A stretch of DNA of 64,000 bases from Nitrososphaerota archaeon (GCA_038845265.1 JAWBQR010000001.1:38055-102054); one strand, 5' to 3'. Positions 42,739-52,588 are shown, counted from the stretch's first letter. Made by a program: numbers and translations. Notes: generated by a model not told the origin, from the letters alone.

Positions 42739-43038
42739 CTATCCAAATAAGCTACCGAAGCCTGCAAGAGCATTTTCATCCTCTTCTTTGAGCTTTTTTA
42801 ATACCTCCCCTTTTTCCTGCTCTTCAATCTCTTTGCCGGCTTCGCCAATGATCTCTTTTATGCGTTTGAGTTGTTCCTCAGTGCCTATAACTCTTATATA
42901 GTAGCCATCTTTACCCGTTAACAGTTTGGCGTCTTTGAATACTAGATTTGCCTTTGAGGCTACCTCATCACTCATCAATGCCTGTCTTATCGTTTCTAAT
43001 TTTTCTCCTGCGATCAAGTAAATTTGTTGGTTCTCCAT
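42739..43038 (-). CDS. Small acidic protein whose C-terminus resembles the ribosomal P1/L12 stalk tail. It is encoded immediately upstream of the KaiC-like ATPase gene.
   Basis: The C-terminus ...KEEDENALAGFGSLFG matches the archaeal P1 stalk tail consensus (EEALAGLSALFG). The N-terminal ~70 aa do not resemble P1. Confidence 0.4.
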   Translation of the reverse strand: MENQQIYLIAGEKLETIRQALMSDEVASKANLVFKDAKLLTGKDGYYIRVIGTEEQLKRIKEIIGEAGKEIEEQEKGEVLKKLKEEDENALAGFGSLFG

Positions 43039-43085
43039 TGGTATCCATCTTAATGTATAATAAGACTACTATATTAACACATTCA

Positions 43086-43778
43086 ATGAGTAAAATTTAT
43101 TCTCTGGGAACAAAAAAATATTTTTGGCCGAGGGCATTGAGTCAAAAAAGCGATTCTCCTATCATCAGGAAATTAAACGAGTTGGGAATGGAGCCTGGAA
43201 TAATATATGAAACAATAATCACATCGGTAGATCGTAATTGCAACCCTCATTCTGCTGCGATGGGAATAATACTTGAAGAAAATGAAGATTCTGTACTGAT
43301 TAAAATAAGGGCTTATCCGTCATCAAAGACGGGGCAGAATCTTTTAATTAACGGCCTCGGAGTCGTGAACATCACTGATCCTGAATTACTTATTAGGGTA
43401 GCGTTAGACATGCCTCCAGAAATTGTGTACGTCAAGTCATCCTGCATCGGTGTACCTCGAATAAGCAATGCTGCTGCTTGGATAGAGTTCAAGGTCATAA
43501 ATATCTCTAAGAAAAACGAGATAATTGAGTTTATATGTTTACCGCTAAATGTTGATTATTTTGAGGTGAAGCCAAAGCCCTATACGAGGGCAGTTTATGC
43601 TCTGCTAGAGGCTATAATTCATGCATCAAAAATCAGAGCATACAAAGAACTTGGAGATTTGCATAAGGTCTCCGAACTACAAGACCTGATAAATATGAAT
43701 TTAAAAGTTGTTGAAAAAGTAGCGTCTAAATCGAGATATGAATTGATAGTAAATGAAATCAAGAAGAGGTATTTTTAG
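43086..43778 (+). CDS. Hypothetical protein. The track ORF starts at 42948, but that overlaps the convergent gene, so the start is probably the Met at 43086.
   Basis: An ORF of about 230 aa with no recognised catalytic motifs. Confidence 0.3.
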   Translation: MSKIYSLGTKKYFWPRALSQKSDSPIIRKLNELGMEPGIIYETIITSVDRNCNPHSAAMGIILEENEDSVLIKIRAYPSSKTGQNLLINGLGVVNITDPELLIRVALDMPPEIVYVKSSCIGVPRISNAAAWIEFKVINISKKNEIIEFICLPLNVDYFEVKPKPYTRAVYALLEAIIHASKIRAYKELGDLHKVSELQDLINMNLKVVEKVASKSRYELIVNEIKKRYF

Positions 43779-44337
43779 ATTTAACGACACTATCTCTCAA
43801 GATGAATAGAATATCTATCAAGAGTACTGATAATATTAGCAAGTAGCTTATTGGATAGTAGCGCTCATCTTTTAAAATGAGCGCTAAGTACCCGAGACCA
43901 GTCCAGTAAGGGATTTTTATGCCTGTCCACTTACCAATTATCTGTTCTGGAGGTATTGGTGACCAAGGATCGGGATCTCTGTTTGCGTCTCCCTTTGTGA
44001 TTATCCCGGCTGGGGTCTTAGCTATAGCTCTGTGAATTATCGGCGCCTCGTATCCCCATAACTTATAGACGATTACGTCTCCATTGTCCGGAGATGCAAC
44101 TATTGAGTCATAGTCGACGCCCGTTATTACAAGGATATCGCCGACCTCTATGGTGGGCCTCATGCTTCCCGATTTTACAACCACTAATGGTGAAGGAGTG
44201 CCTAAGAGCATACTTATCAGCAAGAACAACATCAGTGCGAGAAAGATAGTCGTTCCCAGCAATAATAAGTTCTTAAATATTCCTTTATAGATACTCATAC
44301 GTTTTTCTTGACCGGTTTCGGATGACGTTTCTTCCAA
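43759..44337 (-). CDS. Signal peptidase I (archaeal Sec11-type)
   Basis: An N-terminal TM, the catalytic-Ser box VVKSGSMRPT, a His box and a GDANRD-like box. An alternative start at Met14 (44298) would give a 4-nt coupling overlap with the upstream gene. Confidence 0.7.
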   Translation of the reverse strand: MEETSSETGQEKRMSIYKGIFKNLLLLGTTIFLALMLFLLISMLLGTPSPLVVVKSGSMRPTIEVGDILVITGVDYDSIVASPDNGDVIVYKLWGYEAPIIHRAIAKTPAGIITKGDANRDPDPWSPIPPEQIIGKWTGIKIPYWTGLGYLALILKDERYYPISYLLILSVLLIDILFILRDSVVKSKNTSS

Positions 44338-47030
44338 TCTACACTCCGACCTCCAAGAACTGGACTTCTCCTAGTAGGTTTAACCTTGAAGGACCTGATG
44401 ACGCTAAAGATGGAAACAGCGCCTAATGATGCCGAGGCCATCAGAGAAAGCATTAATCCAAAAGGACTAGATCTGCTCGTTACCAGAACCTTAGGCTCTA
44501 CGTTATCAACAGATATCACATATGAATGCCTTGCATCATCAACACTATATTCTACGATATAATCACCCTTTGCAAGCGAGACTAAGATTTTCCCATCCAT
44601 GTCTGTCTCTCCAGATGTTATCAATTTATTGTCTCGTCTAAACTCAACGTTTATTCCTGACATTGGATTCTCAGCCAAGTCGATTATGTAAAGTGAGAAT
44701 TCATAAACATCGGTAGGCATGCTTAACTTTGTAGGTCCATTATGCTGAACCAACTTCTCGGCAACCTTGACTCCCTGATACTCTATCCAGACATTGTAGT
44801 TTGAGGATGGCAACTTGTATTGAAAGACCCCATCCTTAATATCTCCTACAAATACTTCCAGTCCGTCTTTTTCAAAATGTATAAGGGCTCTTTCAAGTGG
44901 TTCATCACCCCTCTCAGTAACTTTATAAGAATTCACCAGCATCGGGTATACCTTCGAAACTATTTCAATCGTTTGTCCATTTCTATCGATTTTATGAGCA
45001 TCCTCATAAACATTTAAACCCAAATACTTCACCTTAATATTCATTGTTCCATTCGGCACCAGCATAGCCTCGATTATTCCTTTTTCATTAAGCTTGCCGA
45101 CCAATTGATAATCACCAGCGATTCCCTCAAGCTCAGCGTTTGCTAGTGGCTCCTTTTCGCCGTCCACAACCTTAATAATAATTTGGTATACGCCTGTCCC
45201 AGATATGGTTAGAGTGGTTCTTGTCGGTGATAAATCATTTGGACCTGAATAAACTTTTATTCCCTTGTAATAAATAGTTGTAAAGACCCGCGAGAGGGGT
45301 ACATTTTCAAACTCAGCCTCTCCGTTATCATTAGTTATTTTAGTACTTTTATATTGACCAATCGATAATAAAATACTTGCACCAACAAGTTTATTATCGC
45401 CTGAATAATCTAAAGCAATAATTTTAACGTTTGATACAGATGCAATAATGTCTAATTTTGATTCGTCAATTGACCTTTTTTCTATGTTTCCTTCGGCTAC
45501 TAATTCTCCCATATAGAAGAATTGATAACTATACTTTATACGTAATAGTCCCTTTACGATGGTCGAGTCTTCCTTAATATCGACCTCGCCAATCTTTTCA
45601 CCATCCTGAAGCATCAAGATTAGTTTTCCACTTAGAGTCCTATTATCTAATGAAAGTGCAGTAATTTTTACCTGTTTTGCATCTGGGGCTATTGTTATTA
45701 TTGATTGGTGTTGTGGAGCATCTATACTTCCAGCACCGACAACATCAGAATTAATTACCAATTCATATTCATACTTAACTAAAGGGTGATCGCGATAAAT
45801 TGCTGCTCCTTCAGAGATTTTCTTCTCTACTTGATATTTACCAAACTTAATTCTCAGAGAGATATCTTCTTTCATATCTTTGAGCTTGCCGAATAGGTCT
45901 GCAGTTGATACTTTAATGCTGAAATCTCCAATTGAGGCAATAATAGAGATTGCGCCTATATCGCTCTCCTTAATAACCCCGCTGTATATCTCGGAGCCTT
46001 CAAAAAAGACTTTAAGTACGTAGTCGCGATTTTCATAAACTATTCCGAAGTTTAATATGCCATCATTTGTAGTTGCCTCAGCATAGGTGCGGCCATCATA
46101 AATCAGTCTGCCTGTATAAGTAAATCCTGCCGCCGTGTTTCCAGACTTACTCTTGATGTTTACGATTAAGGTTTTCAATTGAAGACTTACATCAATTACT
46201 CTATTTCTGTTCAATGTAAAGGAATCAGATTTGTAGATCTCTTCTGACTTATACTCAACCGTATATATGTATGTTCCCTGCGGAAGCAACTTGAAAGTAG
46301 CATTCCCATCAGTACCTGATATAAGTGTCGCAAAAGGAGTCCCAGTCACTTCTCCTCTCCATAGTTTAACCGTCGCTCCCTTAACTGGTTGCAGCGAGCT
46401 GTCTCGTAATCGAAGTGTAAGCCTGTAGAGATTTAGCGTTACTACATATTCATATTCATCTGTAAGTGTTATGTCTTGACTGCTAGTCACAGCGACTTTA
46501 TCTTCATACTTAATTGTCAGGTGGTATGTAGTTCCGTTTGGAAGATTCTCAAAAACAACATATCCATTGCTATCCGTAACCTTTCTCTTATCTACATCTG
46601 GGTCTGTCTCGGTTGAAGTTATGTTTACCTTTGCGTTTGGCACTGGATCAAGCTTCTCCGAAGACATTACTCTAATTTTCAAATTAAATACTCCCACACG
46701 GATTGTCTTAGGAGAACTAGGAGAGGAGTAATTCCAATCATCTATATAACCAACCTCTCTATTCAGATATAACGCCTTCAAGATGTATGACTCATTTTTC
46801 AACGCTGTTAAAGATACTTTACCACTAGAGTCAGACGTACCTTCAGCTTCTACCTCATTATTAGTTTTATTTATAAGCTGAACCTTCACTCCTTTCAGTG
46901 GCGAGCCATGATAATTCTGGACCGTTATTTGGAAAGTTGTGTCCGCGAGAACAGGTATTGAAGTGAATTGAAAAATAATAACTAGTAGAAAGAAGGAGGT
47001 GATTAGCATTGTTGCTGAGGTTATTTTCAT
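44295..47030 (-). CDS. Large cell-surface protein with a signal peptide, repeated transthyretin/CarboxypepD_reg-like beta-sandwich domains and a C-terminal TM anchor plus basic tail
   Basis: An N-terminal signal (MLITSFFLLVIIFQFTSIPVLA), many repeats of the GxPLxGAxVxL / NGxYxF type, and a C-terminal FGLMLSLMASASLGAVSIFSVI followed by KVKPTRR...KKNV. Confidence 0.55.
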   Translation of the reverse strand: MKITSATMLITSFFLLVIIFQFTSIPVLADTTFQITVQNYHGSPLKGVKVQLINKTNNEVEAEGTSDSSGKVSLTALKNESYILKALYLNREVGYIDDWNYSSPSSPKTIRVGVFNLKIRVMSSEKLDPVPNAKVNITSTETDPDVDKRKVTDSNGYVVFENLPNGTTYHLTIKYEDKVAVTSSQDITLTDEYEYVVTLNLYRLTLRLRDSSLQPVKGATVKLWRGEVTGTPFATLISGTDGNATFKLLPQGTYIYTVEYKSEEIYKSDSFTLNRNRVIDVSLQLKTLIVNIKSKSGNTAAGFTYTGRLIYDGRTYAEATTNDGILNFGIVYENRDYVLKVFFEGSEIYSGVIKESDIGAISIIASIGDFSIKVSTADLFGKLKDMKEDISLRIKFGKYQVEKKISEGAAIYRDHPLVKYEYELVINSDVVGAGSIDAPQHQSIITIAPDAKQVKITALSLDNRTLSGKLILMLQDGEKIGEVDIKEDSTIVKGLLRIKYSYQFFYMGELVAEGNIEKRSIDESKLDIIASVSNVKIIALDYSGDNKLVGASILLSIGQYKSTKITNDNGEAEFENVPLSRVFTTIYYKGIKVYSGPNDLSPTRTTLTISGTGVYQIIIKVVDGEKEPLANAELEGIAGDYQLVGKLNEKGIIEAMLVPNGTMNIKVKYLGLNVYEDAHKIDRNGQTIEIVSKVYPMLVNSYKVTERGDEPLERALIHFEKDGLEVFVGDIKDGVFQYKLPSSNYNVWIEYQGVKVAEKLVQHNGPTKLSMPTDVYEFSLYIIDLAENPMSGINVEFRRDNKLITSGETDMDGKILVSLAKGDYIVEYSVDDARHSYVISVDNVEPKVLVTSRSSPFGLMLSLMASASLGAVSIFSVIRSFKVKPTRRSPVLGGRSVDWKKRHPKPVKKNV

Positions 47031-47132
47031 TTATAGAAAAAACATAATCAGGAGGCTTTAAGCATTATCATTCAATAGAAATTGGGTACTATGAGCATTT
47101 CTATTCATCTTAAATAGGAATAGCGATGTTTT

Positions 47133-47699
47133 TCAGCGGCCGCTTACTGTTTCTAGCGTCCATCTTACTGAGTTTATGAGGTCTCTAAGCCGTGCATCAT
47201 CTCTATAATTTTTTACCAAGATTTCTGATACTCTATCACCATCAAATACCACTTCATATTTAACCATTTTTTCTCTATCTAGCTCGCCTGACCTAACTCT
47301 CTCTTCGTCATCCCTAGTCATCGCTTCGAGCACCTTACGCAATAGAAAAGAAGAAAATGGCTTGTCGTCTCTTCTCAGCTCCAAGTCCGGGCTAATCTGG
47401 AATCTAGCCTCGTCTTTGGTGTAGGTAAGCGTGGCTAGGACAGCACCATTACGGCTTCTAATTACTTTAATCGAGGGCTTCTCTAAAATCGGCTTGGCCT
47501 GAGGTGCTTGTTCAGGCTTCCTCGAGACCAGAGAGTCGGCTCTCTTAAAACTCGCACCGGCCAACAACTCATCAATGTAGGAGGTTATTTTCCTAATCAT
47601 CTCAATTTCCTGATTAAGTTCTGCGATTTTTCGCTCTAGCCATGCCTTGACCTCCGCTAACGCTTTTGTCTCTTCCTCTGGTAATTCCTCCTCACTCAC
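47133..47699 (-). CDS. Hypothetical protein translationally coupled (4-nt overlap) to the downstream end of the DNA ligase gene
   Basis: ORF in the track with an acidic N-terminus and a coiled-coil segment. No recognised domain. Confidence 0.3.
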   Translation of the reverse strand: MSEEELPEEETKALAEVKAWLERKIAELNQEIEMIRKITSYIDELLAGASFKRADSLVSRKPEQAPQAKPILEKPSIKVIRSRNGAVLATLTYTKDEARFQISPDLELRRDDKPFSSFLLRKVLEAMTRDDEERVRSGELDREKMVKYEVVFDGDRVSEILVKNYRDDARLRDLINSVRWTLETVSGR

Positions 47700-49480
47700 G
47701 TTGGTTCTACCTCCTCTCTGGGCTGAATAGTCTTGAGCTGAGACTTATACATCTCAATGACTTCGTCAACTGTGGTAGCATCTTCAGGCGACTTATCAAA
47801 CCTGTACCTACCAGTGAATCTTGGAAATCTAATTGCAAGCCCAGCGTCTTTATTTATTTTTCCAAATGCAGCGGTATGTACAGGACTCAACGTGATCTCA
47901 TCGCCCACTATTTCTAATACGAGCCTAGGCGTAACCCACACGTCTGGCTCCATAACTGAGTCTACTCTCGGAGGCTTGTGTGGGATAATCATCTGTTTTA
48001 GCATCTCTGTAAGCTTATCAAGATCCTCATCTTTAAATCCAGTCCCGACCTTACAAATCGACCTGAAGACGTCTGCGTCTTTATCATAAGCCGCTACTAA
48101 AACTGTTCCGAATTTTCCACTCCTCTTACCTTTACCATAAAATGCCCCAATCACGACTAGGTCGAGCGTATCGGTGAGCTTAGAGACATAGCTTCGCTTA
48201 TACTTTATCCATAGCCAACCCCTAGCGCCAGCCATGTAAACTGATCTCGGAGAAATATCTTTGACGATGACCCCTTCGCAGCCGTCCTCGACAGCTTTAA
48301 GCATGTATTTATCAAGCGTTTCGCAATCACTCACCTCGATTGCTCTCGTCAAGGACATATCTTCGCTCTGATCAATAATCTCGCCGAGCATAGATCGTCT
48401 CTCTAATAATGGTCTATCAATGAGTTCATCTCCATCGATTAATAACGCATCAAAAAAGAAGAGCGATACAGGATAGAGTTCTGCCGCCTTCTCAATTTCA
48501 TATTTTCTTCTTCTGTGCATCAATTCTTGGAAGGGAAGCATATCACCAGTATCAGGATCAACAGCGACCGCCTCACACTCAACGATCGCTTGTCTGGCCC
48601 TTATCCGAGACCTGCACCTCTCAATTACATCTGGAAACTGATACGTAATGTTTTCCTGTCTCCTAGAAAAGATTAATATTTCACCATTATTTTTATGGAT
48701 CTGCATTCTCTCTCCATCATACTTATACTCAGCTAGACCTCTTCCACCCAATTTTTCTAAAATCTCCTTGCTGCTGGACAATCTCTCTGCCAGCATTGGG
48801 CGAGCAGGCCTTCCTATCGCTAGCCTAATTGTTCGGACACCTACTAGTCCAGCCCTCTTGGCCTCCCGTACAACTATTCCTATGTCTGAAGAAATGTTAT
48901 AAGCCCTCTCAAAGATTTCTCTTGTTTCTTTTGACCCCCCGAATAGTGCCGAGACGGCGTCAATAATAGTCATATCAGCGACGCCGAGCCGCATCTTTCC
49001 AGTCAATAGTCTAATAATATATTTTGCCTCCTTCGGCTGAGCCTGGGCAAGCAGCCCAGAAAGAATCTTTATTTTGTTTTCAACTGCTCCCTCACCACTG
49101 ATCCTAGCTACTTTATCCAACTTATTATAAACTTCCAATACAGTTAAGGGCTGATTAAACAAAACTAACTGGGATTTTTTATGAGAGAGTAACTCCTCGG
49201 CAACTTGTCCTAAGTCCCCAACTTTATTGAGGAGGTTCTCGATCTTTGTTTCTTCTACCCCCGTGACGGCTTTTATTGCCCTTATCGCGAGCTTCTCAGC
49301 CACTCCAAGCTCGATGCCTACGTATGCTGGATATAGAATACCCAGTGTTAAATATGCAATTTTATCAACTTCCTTCTCGTCGGCTTCGTTGAATAGTTGT
49401 ATCAGAATATCACGCATCTCAAGTCTCTTAGTAGTTGACTCTAACTGTTCGTAATATTCCACAAGCTTTGAGAAATCCAT
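47696..49480 (-). CDS. lig: ATP-dependent DNA ligase
   Basis: Motif I EYKYDGER (KxDG), motif V and an OB domain. It is 594 aa. Confidence 0.9.
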   Translation of the reverse strand: MDFSKLVEYYEQLESTTKRLEMRDILIQLFNEADEKEVDKIAYLTLGILYPAYVGIELGVAEKLAIRAIKAVTGVEETKIENLLNKVGDLGQVAEELLSHKKSQLVLFNQPLTVLEVYNKLDKVARISGEGAVENKIKILSGLLAQAQPKEAKYIIRLLTGKMRLGVADMTIIDAVSALFGGSKETREIFERAYNISSDIGIVVREAKRAGLVGVRTIRLAIGRPARPMLAERLSSSKEILEKLGGRGLAEYKYDGERMQIHKNNGEILIFSRRQENITYQFPDVIERCRSRIRARQAIVECEAVAVDPDTGDMLPFQELMHRRRKYEIEKAAELYPVSLFFFDALLIDGDELIDRPLLERRSMLGEIIDQSEDMSLTRAIEVSDCETLDKYMLKAVEDGCEGVIVKDISPRSVYMAGARGWLWIKYKRSYVSKLTDTLDLVVIGAFYGKGKRSGKFGTVLVAAYDKDADVFRSICKVGTGFKDEDLDKLTEMLKQMIIPHKPPRVDSVMEPDVWVTPRLVLEIVGDEITLSPVHTAAFGKINKDAGLAIRFPRFTGRYRFDKSPEDATTVDEVIEMYKSQLKTIQPREEVEPT

Positions 49481-49532
49481 TCTCCCCTACCTATGATTAG
49501 TACTTGCTAACCTTTAAGCTAATCCCTAACAT

Positions 49533-50537
49533 TCATGAAAAGACACTACTGTTAGATTGGCTAAAGATTACCCTTGCACCTTTGTTCTCAGCAGTCGTAA
49601 TATATACCTCTAAATTAGGCATCAGATCTTTCACGAGCCGCAGAAAACTCCGAGCATCATCAGGCTTATCAGTAAATCCATAAATAGTAGGCCCCCAACT
49701 GGACTGCCCCACACCGTATAATCCGGCATCAAGCATCAATTCTGCAAGCTCAGCTGAATCAGGGTTGAAGATTCCTCCCTGAATACTTTCAAACTCGCTA
49801 CCTACAAGTCTCTGAACTGATTCAACACCTTTTCCAAAAAGCTCTATATTATGTTCAATTATGCCAGGAAGGACTTTACTCATAACGCAAGAGTGAATAT
49901 TCTTTACTGTCTCTTCAGAATATTTTATCTTTGAGAGAATATCATCCTCTAAAAGTCCAGAAAGTCCCCTCCTTTTATCTGGAATCGATAGTATGATAAG
50001 CCAGTCTTCAGGAAAATTAAGTCTCATTATCGGCTGCAGATAGCTATTCTTACGTTGACCGAGACTAATTATGAATCCTCCATTCCTAAATGCCTCTATA
50101 CCGATCCATGAGTACTTACCTCTATTTGTTCGAGCTGCTATCTCCTCAATGCTCATTCTAATTTCGGCCAAAATCGAGATTGCCGTTGCCGCTGAGAGAA
50201 TGATCTGTGTACCCGATCCTAGTCCCACATGTCTAGGAGGGTATTCGATGAATTCTAGGTTAACTCCAACGCTTACATTCAGATCAGAGTAAAATTTTCT
50301 CACTACTAACTCTAATTCGTTTTCAAAATTACCTGCTATACGAAGACCAGATGCCTCAATGGTCTCTGCAAATAATATGGTTCTAGGCTCCTTAATAGCT
50401 AGGCCGATTCCCTGCCAAGGTCTCTGATTATTGCCATCTGTCAGAAGACCCAGGTGGAGCCTAGAGGGAGCAGTAATCTCTACACGCATGCCCTTCAACA
50501 ACATCATTACCTTATTTATTAATAAATAATGGGCCAA
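49533..50537 (-). CDS. GHMP-kinase-family protein, probably beta-ribofuranosylaminobenzene 5'-phosphate synthase (methanopterin-type cofactor biosynthesis). The likely true start is the Met of MRVEITAPSRLHLGL.
   Basis: VGLGSGTQIILSAATAI (the hGLGSGTQ motif characteristic of beta-RFAP synthase within the GHMP family). Confidence 0.5.
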   Translation of the reverse strand: MAHYLLINKVMMLLKGMRVEITAPSRLHLGLLTDGNNQRPWQGIGLAIKEPRTILFAETIEASGLRIAGNFENELELVVRKFYSDLNVSVGVNLEFIEYPPRHVGLGSGTQIILSAATAISILAEIRMSIEEIAARTNRGKYSWIGIEAFRNGGFIISLGQRKNSYLQPIMRLNFPEDWLIILSIPDKRRGLSGLLEDDILSKIKYSEETVKNIHSCVMSKVLPGIIEHNIELFGKGVESVQRLVGSEFESIQGGIFNPDSAELAELMLDAGLYGVGQSSWGPTIYGFTDKPDDARSFLRLVKDLMPNLEVYITTAENKGARVIFSQSNSSVFS

Positions 50538-50577
50538 CTAATTATATATCTCGATAACTACATGAATTGAATAGAAA

Positions 50578-51042
50578 ATGGGTGAGTCAACTACTAAAAG
50601 AATTAATTACTTTGCGTATGACGTCCTTCTTAATCCGGACCAGATGCGCCTAGTTATAAAGAGTTGGCATAAATGTTTTCCGGCATGGCTGCCGAATTAT
50701 AGACTCGTATTTGATTCTTATTCAGTTTCGTGGAGAGGAGGAGTGGCCGGGTTGAAAGAAGATGAAGGAACAACTGTTTATGGAGTTGTATATGTGATAG
50801 ATGAGCAACAATTGTATGTTATTGATAAATTCGAGGGACTAGCCAATCTGCGAATGAGGATAAAAGTTACTGTTAAAAGCGATTATGGAGAGCATAACGC
50901 ATATACACATGTATCATCAAACCCGAGAGGACATGTACCCCCAACTAAGCAGTATCTTTCTCTTATGACAAAAGGGCTTAGACAAGTCGGATATGGCGAT
51001 AAAGTAATCATGAACATTATCAATGAGGCGGCTAAACGCTAG
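50578..51042 (+). CDS. Gamma-glutamylcyclotransferase/AIG2-like protein
   Basis: N-terminal YFAYDVLLNP (compare YFAYGSNL) and the GGCT fold length. Confidence 0.5.
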   Translation: MGESTTKRINYFAYDVLLNPDQMRLVIKSWHKCFPAWLPNYRLVFDSYSVSWRGGVAGLKEDEGTTVYGVVYVIDEQQLYVIDKFEGLANLRMRIKVTVKSDYGEHNAYTHVSSNPRGHVPPTKQYLSLMTKGLRQVGYGDKVIMNIINEAAKR

Positions 51043-51608
51043 CCTAGATCTTTCGCCTGAATATACGTTCGCCAAACCCATAAAATACTAGTTATGAAGT
51101 TTATTGCAAATGCTACTAATGCAGCAAAAAAATATGAGATTAGATAGTGCATCAAAAATACCTCTGTAAATAAAGCGAATAATCCAATATTAACTAATAT
51201 GCTCGCAATCCTAGAAACGTGAAACTTGACTAGTCTACTCATGAAACTTCCTCCCAAATTTTTTGATTTTCTAAAGGTCCAATTATCATTGATGTAGAAA
51301 TTTAATAATACTGACAATTCTGTGGCTACTACTACAGCGACTATCTCATTGGAGCGCAGAAAATCTATTAGTATATATAATACAGCTTCAGCAAAGACCA
51401 GACATGAAATTCCTACTACTACAAATTGAATAGATGTGAGTGATAACCCAGATTTAATTATAAATATGATGAGGTTTTTTATTCTATTTGTATTCATGGA
51501 TTCTCTTCTCAGACATGAAATTCCTACTACTACAAATTGAATAGATGTGAGTGATAACCCAGATTTAATTATAAATATGATGAGGTTTTTTATTCTATTT
51601 GTATTCAT
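51039..51608 (-). CDS. GtrA-family small membrane protein carrying an in-frame duplication of its first 37 codons
   Basis: GtrA signature (...ELSVLLNFYINDNWTFRK...), 4 TM helices. The N-terminal MNTNRIKNLIIFIIKSGLSLTSIQFVVVGISCL occurs twice. Confidence 0.55.
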   Translation of the reverse strand: MNTNRIKNLIIFIIKSGLSLTSIQFVVVGISCLRRESMNTNRIKNLIIFIIKSGLSLTSIQFVVVGISCLVFAEAVLYILIDFLRSNEIVAVVVATELSVLLNFYINDNWTFRKSKNLGGSFMSRLVKFHVSRIASILVNIGLFALFTEVFLMHYLISYFFAALVAFAINFITSILWVWRTYIQAKDLG

Positions 51609-51621
51609 GGATTCTCTTCTC
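51400..51621. repeat. Perfect tandem duplication of 2 x 111 bp (51400-51510 and 51511-51621)
   Basis: Two identical 111-nt units are directly adjacent. They are in-frame and cover the 5' end and start codon of the GtrA-like gene. Confidence 0.85.
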
Positions 51622-51625
51622 GAAA

Positions 51626-52474
51626 TTATTTATCTGGATTATATAAACTCCTAAGTACAGACAGATCTCTTGAATAGTCTCCCCTTTCATCTTCTGGTGT
51701 TTCAATGATCATTGGTAGATTTTTAATGAATTTTTGATTGATAATGTTCTTGAATCCTTTCTCTCCTATATGCCCCATTCCTATATGCTCATGTCTATCA
51801 AGATGGCTGCCTAATCCACCTGCCGAATCGTTTAGATGAACTACCTTTAACATCTTTAGACCTATGATGGAGTCAAAGTCATTGAGGGTATTCGATATTC
51901 CTTCTTCAGTCTTAACGTCGTATCCAGCGGCAAATAGATGACAAGTATCTAGACAAATTCCCACTCTATCTATATGAGAAATTTTATCGAGAATCCGCCT
52001 TATGTCTTCAAACCTCGACCCGACGCTATTTTTTTGACCAGCCATGTTTTCTAGTAGAAGCATGCATCTTGGATTAGCTTTCTCAATAGATGTATCAACT
52101 GCTCTAGCAACCTGCATAATTCCCACATCTATTCCTTTACCGAGATGACTTCCTATGTGACTCACTAGGTAATCTATCTCTAACTGATCGCATCTTTTTA
52201 ACTCCTCAATTAATGACCTTAATGATAACTGCCATGAAGACTTGTTTGGAGAGGCGATATTTGGTAAATATGGCATGTGAGCTACTACGACATCAAAACT
52301 TGCCTTTCTTCTCTTATCTTTAAACTTCTCGATCTCCTCTTTTTTTAACTTTGCTGCTTTCCATCCACGTGGGTTGCGGGTAAATATCTGGAAAGTGGTG
52401 CAGGACAACTGAAGAGCCCTATCGACTGAAAGATCTATTGAGCCAGAAATAGATACATGAGCACCTAGCAGCAA
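51626..52474 (-). CDS. nfo: Endonuclease IV (AP endonuclease family 2)
   Basis: TIM-barrel metal ligands (HxxY, HLND, ...) and MLLGAHVSISG. Confidence 0.85.
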   Translation of the reverse strand: MLLGAHVSISGSIDLSVDRALQLSCTTFQIFTRNPRGWKAAKLKKEEIEKFKDKRRKASFDVVVAHMPYLPNIASPNKSSWQLSLRSLIEELKRCDQLEIDYLVSHIGSHLGKGIDVGIMQVARAVDTSIEKANPRCMLLLENMAGQKNSVGSRFEDIRRILDKISHIDRVGICLDTCHLFAAGYDVKTEEGISNTLNDFDSIIGLKMLKVVHLNDSAGGLGSHLDRHEHIGMGHIGEKGFKNIINQKFIKNLPMIIETPEDERGDYSRDLSVLRSLYNPDK

Positions 52475-52588
52475 ATCATTAATTAATTAATAAGAGCATC
52501 TGTTTAAGTCTTATGTTGTTTTAATATTTACTAGGTAAAGATATTTTTATATTGAGGCTAATGCGATATAGTCATCGGTGAGCATATA

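Noticed and set aside
42739-43038. Calling the small acidic protein the genuine ribosomal protein P1/L12
   Set aside because: Only the last 12 residues match. The N-terminal dimerisation region does not align to P1 by eye, and the gene is not in the L11-L1-L10-L12 context. I kept it as a finding rather than a ribosomal annotation.
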